A stretch of DNA of 64,000 nt from Spirochaetota bacterium (GTDB taxonomy: Bacteria; Spirochaetota; Spirochaetia; SZUA-6). Positions within the stretch are counted from its first letter, which is position 1; every line of letters starts with the position of its first letter. The notes under the pieces are model-generated. The model saw only the letters and a program-made list of their open reading frames with translations, was not told the origin of the DNA and did no database searches. The position numbers and the translations under genes are program-made. The stretch covers positions 46,409 through 110,408 of the forward strand of contig JAADHF010000131.1 of the NCBI GenBank assembly GCA_013151965.1, in the 5' to 3' direction. Shown here one piece after another: positions 39,201 through 48,401 of this stretch.

Positions 39201-41096
39201 AAAGTGGAAGTCGATCTCGGGGATGGTACCGTACTTATAAACGGACAAAAGACGGAATCGACTGTAACGGTAGATCGGACTTACAATTCTCTGACGGAGC
39301 TTAAGATAAGCTGCACAAATTCTTCTTCCGGAGCCCTGTACCTGGATGAATTTTCATTCAGGGAATCAAAAGGATCATTCGGGGCTGCCTTGAAAGCAGA
39401 CATGAATTATAGAATTCCCGGAAAAATATTATCCGCAGGCGGTGTGGATATTCTGTCGAATATAATCTTAAAGGAGCGTCTGTACTCGGCAACTCCGGGA
39501 TTTTCGCCTGTTTACGGCATTCCGGAAGATGCTTTTAAGTTATATTCATTTTCGGAAGTTTCTTTTTCCGTTAACGCCCTTTCGGTTTATTTTAGTATTC
39601 TTTTCGATGGAAGCGGCAGTTCCGACTGGCGTGAGCTGAGCTATTCCATTGCCGGAAGTCACAAATTAACACTTCCGGTACAATTTCTATATACAACGGT
39701 AACGGACAGTTTTTCTAAGAAAACGGGAGAGCAGGGAATATCGATCTACAAGGAAGACTCTGTTATAACCTCTCTGCCCGGATTGGCAGCTTTAAAAGCG
39801 GGAATCAACGATAATGTTTATGCAGGTCTGCTCGATCAGAAATGGTACGGCGGCATGAATTTTAATCTTCTAAATCCATTTACACTGTCCGCAGATATTG
39901 AAATAGAAAAATCCTTTGCCGGCTATTCGGCTGAGGATAATGACTATTTCTCCGCATGGACAAAGAGTTTTACCTATATTGTCCCGTATATTTCAGATCA
40001 GGAAACGAACAGAAATGTTTCTCTGAATAATCGAATGGGTCTTGCAACCGAACCTGCCGGAATAAACATAACGGCGGACATAAGCTCAGAATGCAGCAAC
40101 CTGCTGACAATGGACCGGACTCAGGAGAATACGGTACATTTGATGCTGGAAATTCCGCTTAAGATATTCCCGGACAGCAGTACACCCGTATCGATTATTC
40201 CGGGGTACAGCCGTGAACTTAAGCTTACAAGCGGTAAACAGGCGGCAGGTAATTTAAGCGCTGATCTGGAAAAAATAAAGAGTGATATTATGTTAAACAG
40301 TTATGTCATAACGGGAATACCGTTTTTAGAGATTACAGGCCCGGATCTTAAGAATCTGTTTTCTTCGTTAACCGCTTCCTATGAAAAGGCAAGTTATATG
40401 CCCGGTTTTTCAGTAAATTTTTCACGTAATTACAGTTCAAGGATTATCGATCTGATTCTGCCTTCCATGCTGAATGTCTATGGGGGAAGAAAGCTTGTAA
40501 GGAACTTCGACACCATGCAGGATATGTACCTGTTAAGCTTAAATCTTAAGTCCACAGCTATTAATCTTTTCGGGAAATTAGGTGCATATCCCTTTTTTAG
40601 CTTTTACAATTCGGACGAATTCGGCAGTTCGCTTTTCCTGGACATGGATTTAAATGATAATTATAGTATAAAAACCTACAGCTTAGCGATCGGGCATTAC
40701 ATGAGTCTCTATGGAAAGGATAAGAATCTTCTGACACTCAAAAACAGGTTTAAAGTAGAAGATCAGGCGGAAAAACGTTATGCGGATTCCGCTGATATTT
40801 CATTTACCTGGAACGTAAAACCGGAAGAAGGAATAGAGCTGCCCTATGTGCCGAATAAATTCTTAAAGGAGAGTTTTATCAGAAACATCGAGGAACTGAC
40901 ATTCAATACGGATGGATCCCACCCGGTTACCCTCATAGCCTCGCATGAATCTTCATTTGTTATGCCGGATTACGGTCATGTCAAATTTAATACGGGAATA
41001 GGATTCGATTATGAGTATTCGGATAGTAGTGCTATTGCACGCAGGGCTTTCAGGATTTTTATAAAGGGAGGAATAGAAGTAAAGATAAGCTTTTAA
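36240..41096 (+). CDS. Very large outer-membrane protein, SprA/Sov-like
   Basis: Signal peptide; SprA-like motifs in SprA order (DYILNNHAGTLSL, IIPGSVHV...FKVDYDSGKI, IEGMEG, RGKILY, WVGAQ, YLEIGETGEDLDGDG, DSEDLNNNGFLD); C-terminal EVKISF. Confidence 0.65.
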   Translation: MKKIILILIVLFTPNLPVFTDAVVQPEKEAPKVLFKTDITGADVDFYMSGSWTSSLFMGSGVLFQSGYLPRMLDYFPGSDTGFIFENIPDLTFSVYLMKKYFLELSVLSDFEKNSFLMGYKDEDNNFLNYLYIGNRDIRSDPYPFIEIPDAGNSSLGIEAGLHSGNTAEHHLMLRYDSNGTGIKYFLGMNEVQEETIDVKDYIRGKYFFIPDTDVEDFTLYLSDPGGSYTGSDGFRYRKAGPDDYILNNHAGTLSLKKDFKGKAAVYYTKNGYPVGDAAIGRGGLPGVNGNEPDAGYPPVDFNWNLSGYPGGNMASRKVTINSENSLLLWDNGNFTPFLDCSNYKVTEGLPENSENARVRLVKRDNRYEKAEVSASIRFSLNAPDSTITAHRTDKNTAAGRDFYAFFPFPDPGYNIYTPKSIPDSDKPEYQILVMVLQPVTEYILEDNIIPGSVHVLKNGMEETRFKVDYDSGKINFTTEIFPDDFMEIRYSKAGISEKGGDLIFDWGNTIKLSESILLRFATGFRWNILSGTYTESEFAKTGSMLVSAGLSEKKKNYDFNLSLGAGYSVPDTTGIFRIEGMEGTGTDVEIDENNIYPSSVPSDISGLSRTNRGKILYKDYRSYGSFGSVTLHYYEDPIPADQEYAYTSGSKPGPYIVGGSSAGKSGKSMAIDFDMDTLKEWVGAQIPMGGGNPPDLSSARSVSLSFKVFKLSGNVRMYLEIGETGEDLDGDGILDREQMESSKGFEFNDISNNAVLYVGGGPRMEGNGKIDSEDLNNNGFLDPDNPAHIVSVTSGGSADILLLDSPADQWIKFTHNFSEAEREKLKNAGSVRIVVVKQSGDTADGVILIDKITFNGSPFWQKADSPGEVTAQEIDENYSAYLPSADLEDSFTEVKSIFHPHGERQKILQITWNSVPAGGSWTVGKYLNNVINKVMYSRLVFYLRAASMDNSQDAVLSIGVVDTGGRGITIGFKGNILAPGIDSPWKKVEVDLGDGTVLINGQKTESTVTVDRTYNSLTELKISCTNSSSGALYLDEFSFRESKGSFGAALKADMNYRIPGKILSAGGVDILSNIILKERLYSATPGFSPVYGIPEDAFKLYSFSEVSFSVNALSVYFSILFDGSGSSDWRELSYSIAGSHKLTLPVQFLYTTVTDSFSKKTGEQGISIYKEDSVITSLPGLAALKAGINDNVYAGLLDQKWYGGMNFNLLNPFTLSADIEIEKSFAGYSAEDNDYFSAWTKSFTYIVPYISDQETNRNVSLNNRMGLATEPAGINITADISSECSNLLTMDRTQENTVHLMLEIPLKIFPDSSTPVSIIPGYSRELKLTSGKQAAGNLSADLEKIKSDIMLNSYVITGIPFLEITGPDLKNLFSSLTASYEKASYMPGFSVNFSRNYSSRIIDLILPSMLNVYGGRKLVRNFDTMQDMYLLSLNLKSTAINLFGKLGAYPFFSFYNSDEFGSSLFLDMDLNDNYSIKTYSLAIGHYMSLYGKDKNLLTLKNRFKVEDQAEKRYADSADISFTWNVKPEEGIELPYVPNKFLKESFIRNIEELTFNTDGSHPVTLIASHESSFVMPDYGHVKFNTGIGFDYEYSDSSAIARRAFRIFIKGGIEVKISF

Positions 41097-41157
41097 GGAA
41101 TTTGCAGGGATTTTCGATTATACTGATGCCGGCAGGACTAATTTATTCTAAAAATAT

Positions 41158-41186
41158 TGGAAGATTAGCGGGAAAGGTGTTATAAT
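41158..41186 (+). promoter_or_regulatory. Strong sigma70 promoter of the beta-barrel gene pair
   Basis: TTGGAA, 17 nt, TATAAT with TGn extension; AAGGAGG RBS before 41215. Confidence 0.65.
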
Positions 41187-41214
41187 ATACTTAAAGATTT
41201 ACAAGGAGGTTCTT

Positions 41215-42576
41215 ATGACAGGCAAAGTAAAGTTATGGAGCTTATTTGCACTTTTAGCGATTGTTCTGATTTCTCCGGTCTTTTCTGTGGAAACTGAAAA
41301 ACCTTTTAATATGGGTATGTCTATGGTTATCGGTACCCAGTCCTTTGTGGAAAACGGGAATACCGTTACATATCAGAAGTTAAGCTTTAATCCCGATATT
41401 TCATTCGGTAAAATCGGAATAGGCCTGGATGTGACACTGCACTACAATTTTACAGGCGGAGCAGGTAATGAATTCTCCGTTAGAAAGGCGGACTGGGTTC
41501 CCGAGCCTTTAACCTTTTCCAATCTTCTGGGACTATACCTGCCGCTTATACGTTATGTGCGGTACGGAGTAAAGGGAGATCCTCTTTATGCTAAGTTCGG
41601 GTCCATTAACGATGCAACTCTCGGCAATGGATTTATTATGGGAAATTATTCCAACACACTGCTGCTTCCGGAAAAGAGAATATTCGGGCTTACTTTTGAC
41701 TTAGACGGATCATTGTTTAATTTTCCGCTTATAGGATTCGAGAGTGTAATCGGCAATCTTGCCGTACTCGATGTTGTCGGTGCAAGGCTCTTTGTAAGAC
41801 CCTTTGTTTATACGGAGATACCGATTGCAAAGAATCTGCAGATCGGTGTGACCTTTGCCGCGGATACGAATGTATATGCGCAGTCTCCCGGCCTGGATAC
41901 CGATACGGGTATTCAGGAAGGTATTGCCGCATTCGGAACTGATTTCAGGCTGCCCCTGCTGTCCAATCCTGCTGTTTCGCTTGCCACTTACGGCGATCTT
42001 GCCTCTATAGCAGGGAAATCAGTGGGAGGAATGCTCGGCTTCGGCGGTAAACTGATAAGTTTTTTGACCTACGGGGCACAGCTCCGCATACTCGGAGCTG
42101 ATTTTATTCCGGATTACTTTGATTCTTCGTATGATCTGTTCCGGACTGTTAAATACCAGTTAATTACAGAGAACGGCGGAATACCCGCATTTGTCGGGTG
42201 GTTTGCAAGCATCGGAACATCCTTTCTCAAGGATAGTATTGTTTTTAATATAGGTGTGGAAGGTCCCTTCGGTGAAGCTGCCGGAAATGATCCGGACAAT
42301 ATCATGAATTATCCGCATCTAAGTGGTATATTCGAAATTAAGAACAATATTTTGCCCGGTTTTTCCTTTGATGCGAGTTACGACAAGAAGTTGATAAAAA
42401 CATGGAGTGATCTTGTGAGTCCTGAAGATGCAGTGATAAAGGCACAGCTCAACTATCAGACAGGGCCTGCAATGATTTCTTTTGTGTACAGGATAAAGTA
42501 TATTCCGGATGCTGCACCAGGTGAAAATCAATGGGCAATCACCTCGGGACTGGAAAGTTCGATCCAGTTATTCTAA
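41215..42576 (+). CDS. Predicted outer-membrane beta-barrel protein
   Basis: Signal peptide, alternating hydrophobic strands throughout, C-terminal SSIQLF. Confidence 0.75.
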   Translation: MTGKVKLWSLFALLAIVLISPVFSVETEKPFNMGMSMVIGTQSFVENGNTVTYQKLSFNPDISFGKIGIGLDVTLHYNFTGGAGNEFSVRKADWVPEPLTFSNLLGLYLPLIRYVRYGVKGDPLYAKFGSINDATLGNGFIMGNYSNTLLLPEKRIFGLTFDLDGSLFNFPLIGFESVIGNLAVLDVVGARLFVRPFVYTEIPIAKNLQIGVTFAADTNVYAQSPGLDTDTGIQEGIAAFGTDFRLPLLSNPAVSLATYGDLASIAGKSVGGMLGFGGKLISFLTYGAQLRILGADFIPDYFDSSYDLFRTVKYQLITENGGIPAFVGWFASIGTSFLKDSIVFNIGVEGPFGEAAGNDPDNIMNYPHLSGIFEIKNNILPGFSFDASYDKKLIKTWSDLVSPEDAVIKAQLNYQTGPAMISFVYRIKYIPDAAPGENQWAITSGLESSIQLF

Positions 42577-42592
42577 CGATTTGGAGGTTTCT

Positions 42593-44824
42593 ATGAAGAA
42601 GATAGTTACAGGTATTGTTTTTATTTTACTTTTAATGCCGGCGGTCCTGATTTTCGCTCAGGAGAAAAAGACTCAGAGTACACAGGCTTCGGCTGTTCTG
42701 GAATACTTCGAGGATTCGAGCGGAGCACTTCGTCTTGTGGAACCGGACGGAACGGAACTTTACTCGTCGGATCTTTACTTCGGGTTCGAGATCCCGGTAG
42801 GTTCTACCGTTGTCACGGAGGCTGCGGATTATGCCGAACTCCAGCTCGATCCAAATGGTTCCATTATTAAGATTTCCGAAAATACTAACTTTAAGTTAGA
42901 GGGTCTTCAGGCAATGGACGGCTCGGGAGAAAATGTTTTTGCCATAGCCGTCGGCAAATTCCGGGCTGTTGCGGCGAGGGCTACCGGCAGCGAGAAGTAC
43001 ACCTTTAAGGGGCCCTCTACGGTTGCAGGTGTACGCGGAACCGACCTCGGCATGGAAGTACTTCCCGGTTCAGAGGAGATTGCATTTGTAACACAGGGGT
43101 TAATAGACTTTACCGATAAAGCGGGAAAAACCATCGCAATCGGTGCGGGCCAGATGGCCAATGCCCTTGCTCCGACCTTCGAACCTGTTAAGATACCGGC
43201 TGATATGCTTGCAAAGCTTATGAAAGGGCTCGATTTTAAGAAGCTTAATCCTAAGAAGGTACCGGGACACCAGGGTGCAGCAACTCCGCCTAAGGAAGAG
43301 GCTAAAAACGCAGAAACGCCTCCTCCCGCACCTCCTGCGGAAAAGAAAGCGGAGGAGAAGAAAGCTCCTAAAGCGCCTGCAAAAAATGCTTTTATGCAGG
43401 GTTTGTTCGATAAACTAAAAGATATGCTCGGCATGGAGATAGGCTCTGTTACTATCGGTGATACGACCTACGCAAAAGCCGTTATTCAGCCGCAGTTTAC
43501 TATCGGCAAATTAAAGATGGCTCTGTACCTGCCTATTATTTACGAATCTAATATGCTGGATCCGAATGACTGGTATCACCCGGAAGGAAACGATGAGTGG
43601 TCTTTCGGAACGGATCAGAACGGATTTAAGGCTGTGGCGGGAGATTTCATAAATGACCTGTTTTTAAAGATCAAGTATGTGGAATGGGGTAAACAGAGGG
43701 ATAAATTCTTTTTTAAGATAGGAAACTTAAACGATATCACCATCGGACACGGTCTTATAATGAAGGATTATGCAAATGATTCGGACTTCCCGGTGATACG
43801 CAGAGTAGGTTTAAACCTGGGCATGGATTTTGAGAAAATCGGTTTCGAAGCCATGGTAAACGATATCGGCGATCCTCATATATTCGGCTCCAGGCTGTAC
43901 TTCCGGCCCATAGCACCGGCTTTTCCCATGGCGGTCGGGATGACTGTCGTAACGGATATAAGTCCTGCTTCCGATCTTCCGGATCCGTCTACTGTGGGTA
44001 ATCCTATTATTTTAAACGGAGGTCTGGATCTGGACTTTCCTGTTATCGAAACGGACCCCTTCAGCATAATTTCCTATGCCGATGTCGCGGGAATGATGCC
44101 TGTGTTCAGGAACGCAGTTCCCGGTACTTCCATCACTTCAGGTCCCGCCCGGGACGCAATGTTTGCGGAAGATATAAACGGAAACTTCGCATTAAAGAAC
44201 TGGGGTTTTGCAGCCGGATTGTTCGGAAGAGCCTTTATTCTCGACTGGAGGCTGGAATACAGGAACTTTAACGGTGCATTTAAACCTGCATTCTACAACC
44301 AGCTCTACGACAGAACGCGCGGTCAGTATGTAAATGATATTATTACGTACCTGGAGAACCAGAACGATCCTGCATATGATGTACAGACTATGGGGATATA
44401 CGGAGAAGCCGGTTTTACAATAAAGAAGGTATTCAGCTTCGACGGCAGCTACTTCTGGCCCTGGTACACAGACGAAAACGGGGACATAAAGATGGGCGAG
44501 GATGATTTTCTTCACCTCAAGGCTACACTGGAAGCGGGTGTAATACCTGTTGTAAATGTTTCGGGATCGGTATCCTATGACAGGACGAAATTTATGCCGA
44601 CCCTTTTGGGCAGCGGCAATCCTGCGGAAAACTTAAGCCTCTTCGATGCAAATACGGTTGTAACAGCAGAGATCGTTTATCCGGTAGCACCAACACTCGA
44701 TGTTGCCCTGCTCTATACGACTGCTCTTGCCCGTGATGCGGACGGTAATGTACTGTATAATGAGATAACCAATAATCCCGAAATTGCAACTACCGTGAGC
44801 ATAGAGACCAGGATTCACTTTTAA
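42593..44824 (+). CDS. FecR domain + Pro/Ala/Lys/Glu linker + beta-barrel paralogous to the upstream gene
   Basis: GGAGG before ATG 42593; FecR (DPNGSIIKISENT, TVAGVRGT); linker PPPAPPAEKKAEEKKAPKAP; barrel ending ETRIHF. Confidence 0.8.
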   Translation: MKKIVTGIVFILLLMPAVLIFAQEKKTQSTQASAVLEYFEDSSGALRLVEPDGTELYSSDLYFGFEIPVGSTVVTEAADYAELQLDPNGSIIKISENTNFKLEGLQAMDGSGENVFAIAVGKFRAVAARATGSEKYTFKGPSTVAGVRGTDLGMEVLPGSEEIAFVTQGLIDFTDKAGKTIAIGAGQMANALAPTFEPVKIPADMLAKLMKGLDFKKLNPKKVPGHQGAATPPKEEAKNAETPPPAPPAEKKAEEKKAPKAPAKNAFMQGLFDKLKDMLGMEIGSVTIGDTTYAKAVIQPQFTIGKLKMALYLPIIYESNMLDPNDWYHPEGNDEWSFGTDQNGFKAVAGDFINDLFLKIKYVEWGKQRDKFFFKIGNLNDITIGHGLIMKDYANDSDFPVIRRVGLNLGMDFEKIGFEAMVNDIGDPHIFGSRLYFRPIAPAFPMAVGMTVVTDISPASDLPDPSTVGNPIILNGGLDLDFPVIETDPFSIISYADVAGMMPVFRNAVPGTSITSGPARDAMFAEDINGNFALKNWGFAAGLFGRAFILDWRLEYRNFNGAFKPAFYNQLYDRTRGQYVNDIITYLENQNDPAYDVQTMGIYGEAGFTIKKVFSFDGSYFWPWYTDENGDIKMGEDDFLHLKATLEAGVIPVVNVSGSVSYDRTKFMPTLLGSGNPAENLSLFDANTVVTAEIVYPVAPTLDVALLYTTALARDADGNVLYNEITNNPEIATTVSIETRIHF

Positions 44825-44844
44825 AACCTGTGTTCGGAATATAG

Positions 44845-46554
44845 ATGAGCGATAGGAAGGATTCTTCCCGGAGAATAATTGTTCTCCGGGAAGATGTTTC
44901 ACGAAAAATTGCGGCCGGCGAGGTAATCGACCGGCCGTTTTCTGTTGTCAGGGAGCTTCTGGATAATTCTCTGGATGCCGGGAGTAAGACCATAGATCTG
45001 TATCTGTACGGCGGGGGAATCAGGGAAATACGTATCGTAGATGACGGTTCGGGGATGAATAATGAAGATCTTAAAATCTGCTGCCGCCGCCATACCACGT
45101 CGAAGATTGTCGAAGAGGATGATCTTTATAAAACTGATACGCTCGGATTCAGGGGAGAGGCGCTTGCAAGCATTGCCACATGTTCCAGGCTGGAGATTAT
45201 CAGTTTTGCAGAAGATTCAAACCATGCAAACCGCCTTGTTGTACATGGCGGAAAGCTGGTTTCCCTGGAAGAACATGCGGGGAAAAGAGGGACTTCGGTA
45301 CTGGTCTCCGACCTCTTTTTTAATATGCCTGCGCGGAGGCGGTTTTTAAAGAGCACATCGTCGGAAACCTATATGTGCAGGTCGATTTTTGCGGACAGGG
45401 CTCTTCCCTTTACCGGTGTTGCCTTCCGTATGTTCATAGAAGATAAAATGAGGTACTTTTTTCCTGTGCAGGAATTAAAAGAGAGGGTATGTGCCGCGTA
45501 TAAGGATGCCGTTAAACCCTCACTTCTTGCCCTGTTAGATACGGAGACGGAAGATTTTAAATTAAAGATTGTAATGGGGGACCCTGCACTTGCAAGGAAA
45601 GACAGGAAGTTTATTCAGATCTTTGTAAACGGCAGAAGAGTAAGCGATTATTCGCTTATGCAGGCTGTCGAATATGCTTATACGGGCTTTGTGCCCGGAG
45701 GCTATCATCCTGTATGTTTTGTTTTTTTAAATGTAAATCCGGAACTCGTAGATTTTAACATTCATCCGGCAAAAAAAGAAGTAAAACTGAAAAATATTTC
45801 TTCTTTAAGGCAGGGTATTATCGGGCTTATAACAAAACATCTAAATATTCCGCTTTATCAAGGTGTCAGCCCTGCACCCGGTCGTATAACGGATCAGGAT
45901 AATCTGTTTAAGGTGTTTAAGAAAAGCAGCGGAACATGGGAAAGGACAGGTTCGGACAGTCTTTTTACCGGCAGAATGCAGCCGGAGGAATATCCGCCCC
46001 CCTCTGTTGATGAAGATATTAAATACTTCGGGCAGGTATTCGGCCTTTTCTTAATCGTCCGGAAGGGAAATACCGTACTGTTGATAGATCAGCATGCAGC
46101 ACATGAACGTATTATTTTTGATGAATTAATGGAAAAGCAGTACAGCTCCCAGAAGCTTCTGATACCCATCGATTTTTCCGCTGACAGGGTAGAAGCGGCT
46201 GTTATAGAACGGAACCTTCCGGTTTTAATAGAGCTGGGGGTAGAACTGAAGAGAAAAGAAAATGGGAGATATATAATAGAATCGATGCCGGAGGATTTTC
46301 TTATTCTGGAAGCGGAAGAGGTGGTGCGGTTTATAAAGGAGGATCAGGGCGATCAAAACAGGGTAAAACGTGAAATAATGGATGCCCTGGCCTGCAGGCT
46401 TGCTGTTAAAGACGGAGACCGCCTCGACGATATAACGGCAGTCGAATTACTGCGGAAGGCTCTGCAGCTTAAAGACCCGAAATGCCCGCACGGAAGGCCC
46501 ATATGGTTTTCCGTAAGTAAAGATGACCTGCTTAAGTTTGTTAAGAGAAAATGA
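44845..46554 (+). CDS. mutL: DNA mismatch repair endonuclease MutL
   Basis: IAAGEVIDRP, ELLDNSLDAG, TSKI, GFRGEAL, NIHPAK, DQHAAHER, ACR, CPHGRP. Confidence 0.96.
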   Translation: MSDRKDSSRRIIVLREDVSRKIAAGEVIDRPFSVVRELLDNSLDAGSKTIDLYLYGGGIREIRIVDDGSGMNNEDLKICCRRHTTSKIVEEDDLYKTDTLGFRGEALASIATCSRLEIISFAEDSNHANRLVVHGGKLVSLEEHAGKRGTSVLVSDLFFNMPARRRFLKSTSSETYMCRSIFADRALPFTGVAFRMFIEDKMRYFFPVQELKERVCAAYKDAVKPSLLALLDTETEDFKLKIVMGDPALARKDRKFIQIFVNGRRVSDYSLMQAVEYAYTGFVPGGYHPVCFVFLNVNPELVDFNIHPAKKEVKLKNISSLRQGIIGLITKHLNIPLYQGVSPAPGRITDQDNLFKVFKKSSGTWERTGSDSLFTGRMQPEEYPPPSVDEDIKYFGQVFGLFLIVRKGNTVLLIDQHAAHERIIFDELMEKQYSSQKLLIPIDFSADRVEAAVIERNLPVLIELGVELKRKENGRYIIESMPEDFLILEAEEVVRFIKEDQGDQNRVKREIMDALACRLAVKDGDRLDDITAVELLRKALQLKDPKCPHGRPIWFSVSKDDLLKFVKRK

Positions 46555-46560
46555 GTTTAA

Positions 46561-48390
46561 CTATAATCCCTGAAGCAGCTTGTTGACATCGTCCTTTTTG
46601 GCGTATCCGGGATTCTTTTTTAGAAGGGTTGTCAGAAGAGATTTTGCAGTTTTTTTATCACCCTTCTTAATAAGCAGGAGTGCAAGCTGATAGTATGCAT
46701 CCCAGTAAGCGGAGTCTATCTTTATGAGTTCGGAGAAAACCTGCAGAGCCTGGTCTGTCCGGTTTAATTCCAGATAGGATAATCCTAAATTGTATCTCGG
46801 CAGTGTGGCATCGGGTTTTAATGCTATTGCACCGGACAGATGTTTTATGCTCTGCTGATACAGACCTTTATGGAGATAGACATTGCCGAGGTTGTTGTTT
46901 ACTTCGTAGGAACCCGGGGCTATTGCATATGCCTTTGTCAGGAGCGGCAGGGCTTTATCGTATAATCCGTTATCATCGTATATCCTTGCCAGATTGATTC
47001 TCGGTTTAATATAGGTGTCATCCATCCGGATAGCATCGGTATAGTACTTGATTGCCTGGTTCTGCTTCTTAAGTTTTTCATACACAAGGCCGAGGGTATA
47101 GTTGAATTGAGCCGAATTCGGGTTATTCTGTACGGCTTTTTCAGCGTACTGCAATGCTGCCTGCGGTTTATCGACTTCAAGTTCTACATTGGCCAGATTA
47201 TAGTTTGTAACGGCGTTGTCCGGATCGATGCTGAGAGCTTTTTTAAAGTACCGTTCCGATTCTTTAAAATCCTTCCTGTTAAAGAGAGCGGTTGCATAGC
47301 TCCTTAAAAAAAACGGATTCTGCGGTGCATAGGCAACGGCTCCGGCAAAACTTTTAGCTGCAGCGTTTATATCACCCTTAGAGGAATAGATAACTCCGCG
47401 TTCGTAGTAAGCCTCGGAGAAATCCTTCTTATAGCGCAGGGCAAGATCAAAGGCTTTCAGGGCCTTATCCTTATCGCCCAGTTTTACTAGTGTCTTCCCG
47501 ATTCTGAAATGAGCCTGGGGATAATCCGGTTTTAAATGGATACAGCTCTTAAAGGACTGCAGAGCATCGGAGTACTGCCCTGCATAGTACTGCATTTTAC
47601 CGAGTGAGTAGAGAATGGAATAATCTTCCGGATTTAACCTCGATGCCTCTTTATACTCCTGAATTGCATTATCATAATTCTTGGTCTGCTCATATATCTT
47701 TCCCAGGGTTTGATGAGGCAGCCACAGCGAGGGATCTTTCCGTATTGCCTTTGAGGAAGCTTCTATCGCTTTCTGAATATTGGCAGGATCTCCGGATCTG
47801 TCTTTAAGGTATGATACTCCGAGATATGCATAGGCTTTCCCCGACTCCGGATCAAGTTCCAGCACGGAATTAAAAGTATTACGTGCATCGGAATATTTTT
47901 TGCTGTTGACTTCCTTGATTCCCCTGGACATCAGCTGATTTATGCGGTTTATTTTCTCTTTTTCACGTTTGGAAGCGTTTTCGGGTACTTCGCGTGGTTT
48001 TTCCTTTATTGCGGTTTTTACGGGAGTTTTCTCCTGGATGGATTCGCTAAGCCGGGAAAGACTCTCCTTCAGCTGTTTCTGCTGCTGCGTCAGAGCTTTT
48101 TCCTGCTGTTTCAGGGCTTCTTTCCCGGCCGCTTTCTTTTTATCTATGATCTGATCCAGTAGAGTTTTTGCTCCGGGGTTATCCGGGTTTTTAATTAAAA
48201 GACCGTCCAGGAGCTGCATGGCTCTGTCGAATTCTCCCTTATTCATATATTCCTGCGCCAGTTTCAGCGTATTAAGCTCTGCGGTTATCCCGGCCTGTTT
48301 TACCTGTTTGTTATGCAGAAAGAAAAAAAACACTGTCAGTGCCAGTATAATAATAACTGCCGCTATAGTAATTATAATTTTTTTACCCAA
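46561..48390 (-). CDS. Membrane-anchored multi-TPR protein (architecture and position recall Borrelia Lmp1)
   Basis: N-terminal TM, coiled region, more than 10 TPR repeats; convergent with mutL. Confidence 0.85.
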   Translation of the reverse strand: MGKKIIITIAAVIIILALTVFFFFLHNKQVKQAGITAELNTLKLAQEYMNKGEFDRAMQLLDGLLIKNPDNPGAKTLLDQIIDKKKAAGKEALKQQEKALTQQQKQLKESLSRLSESIQEKTPVKTAIKEKPREVPENASKREKEKINRINQLMSRGIKEVNSKKYSDARNTFNSVLELDPESGKAYAYLGVSYLKDRSGDPANIQKAIEASSKAIRKDPSLWLPHQTLGKIYEQTKNYDNAIQEYKEASRLNPEDYSILYSLGKMQYYAGQYSDALQSFKSCIHLKPDYPQAHFRIGKTLVKLGDKDKALKAFDLALRYKKDFSEAYYERGVIYSSKGDINAAAKSFAGAVAYAPQNPFFLRSYATALFNRKDFKESERYFKKALSIDPDNAVTNYNLANVELEVDKPQAALQYAEKAVQNNPNSAQFNYTLGLVYEKLKKQNQAIKYYTDAIRMDDTYIKPRINLARIYDDNGLYDKALPLLTKAYAIAPGSYEVNNNLGNVYLHKGLYQQSIKHLSGAIALKPDATLPRYNLGLSYLELNRTDQALQVFSELIKIDSAYWDAYYQLALLLIKKGDKKTAKSLLTTLLKKNPGYAKKDDVNKLLQGL

Positions 48391-48401
48391 AACGGTACTC
48401 C

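Noticed and set aside
43270-43385. Low-complexity, repeat-like DNA
   Set aside because: Explained by the Pro/Ala/Lys/Glu protein linker; it is not a DNA repeat array or CRISPR.
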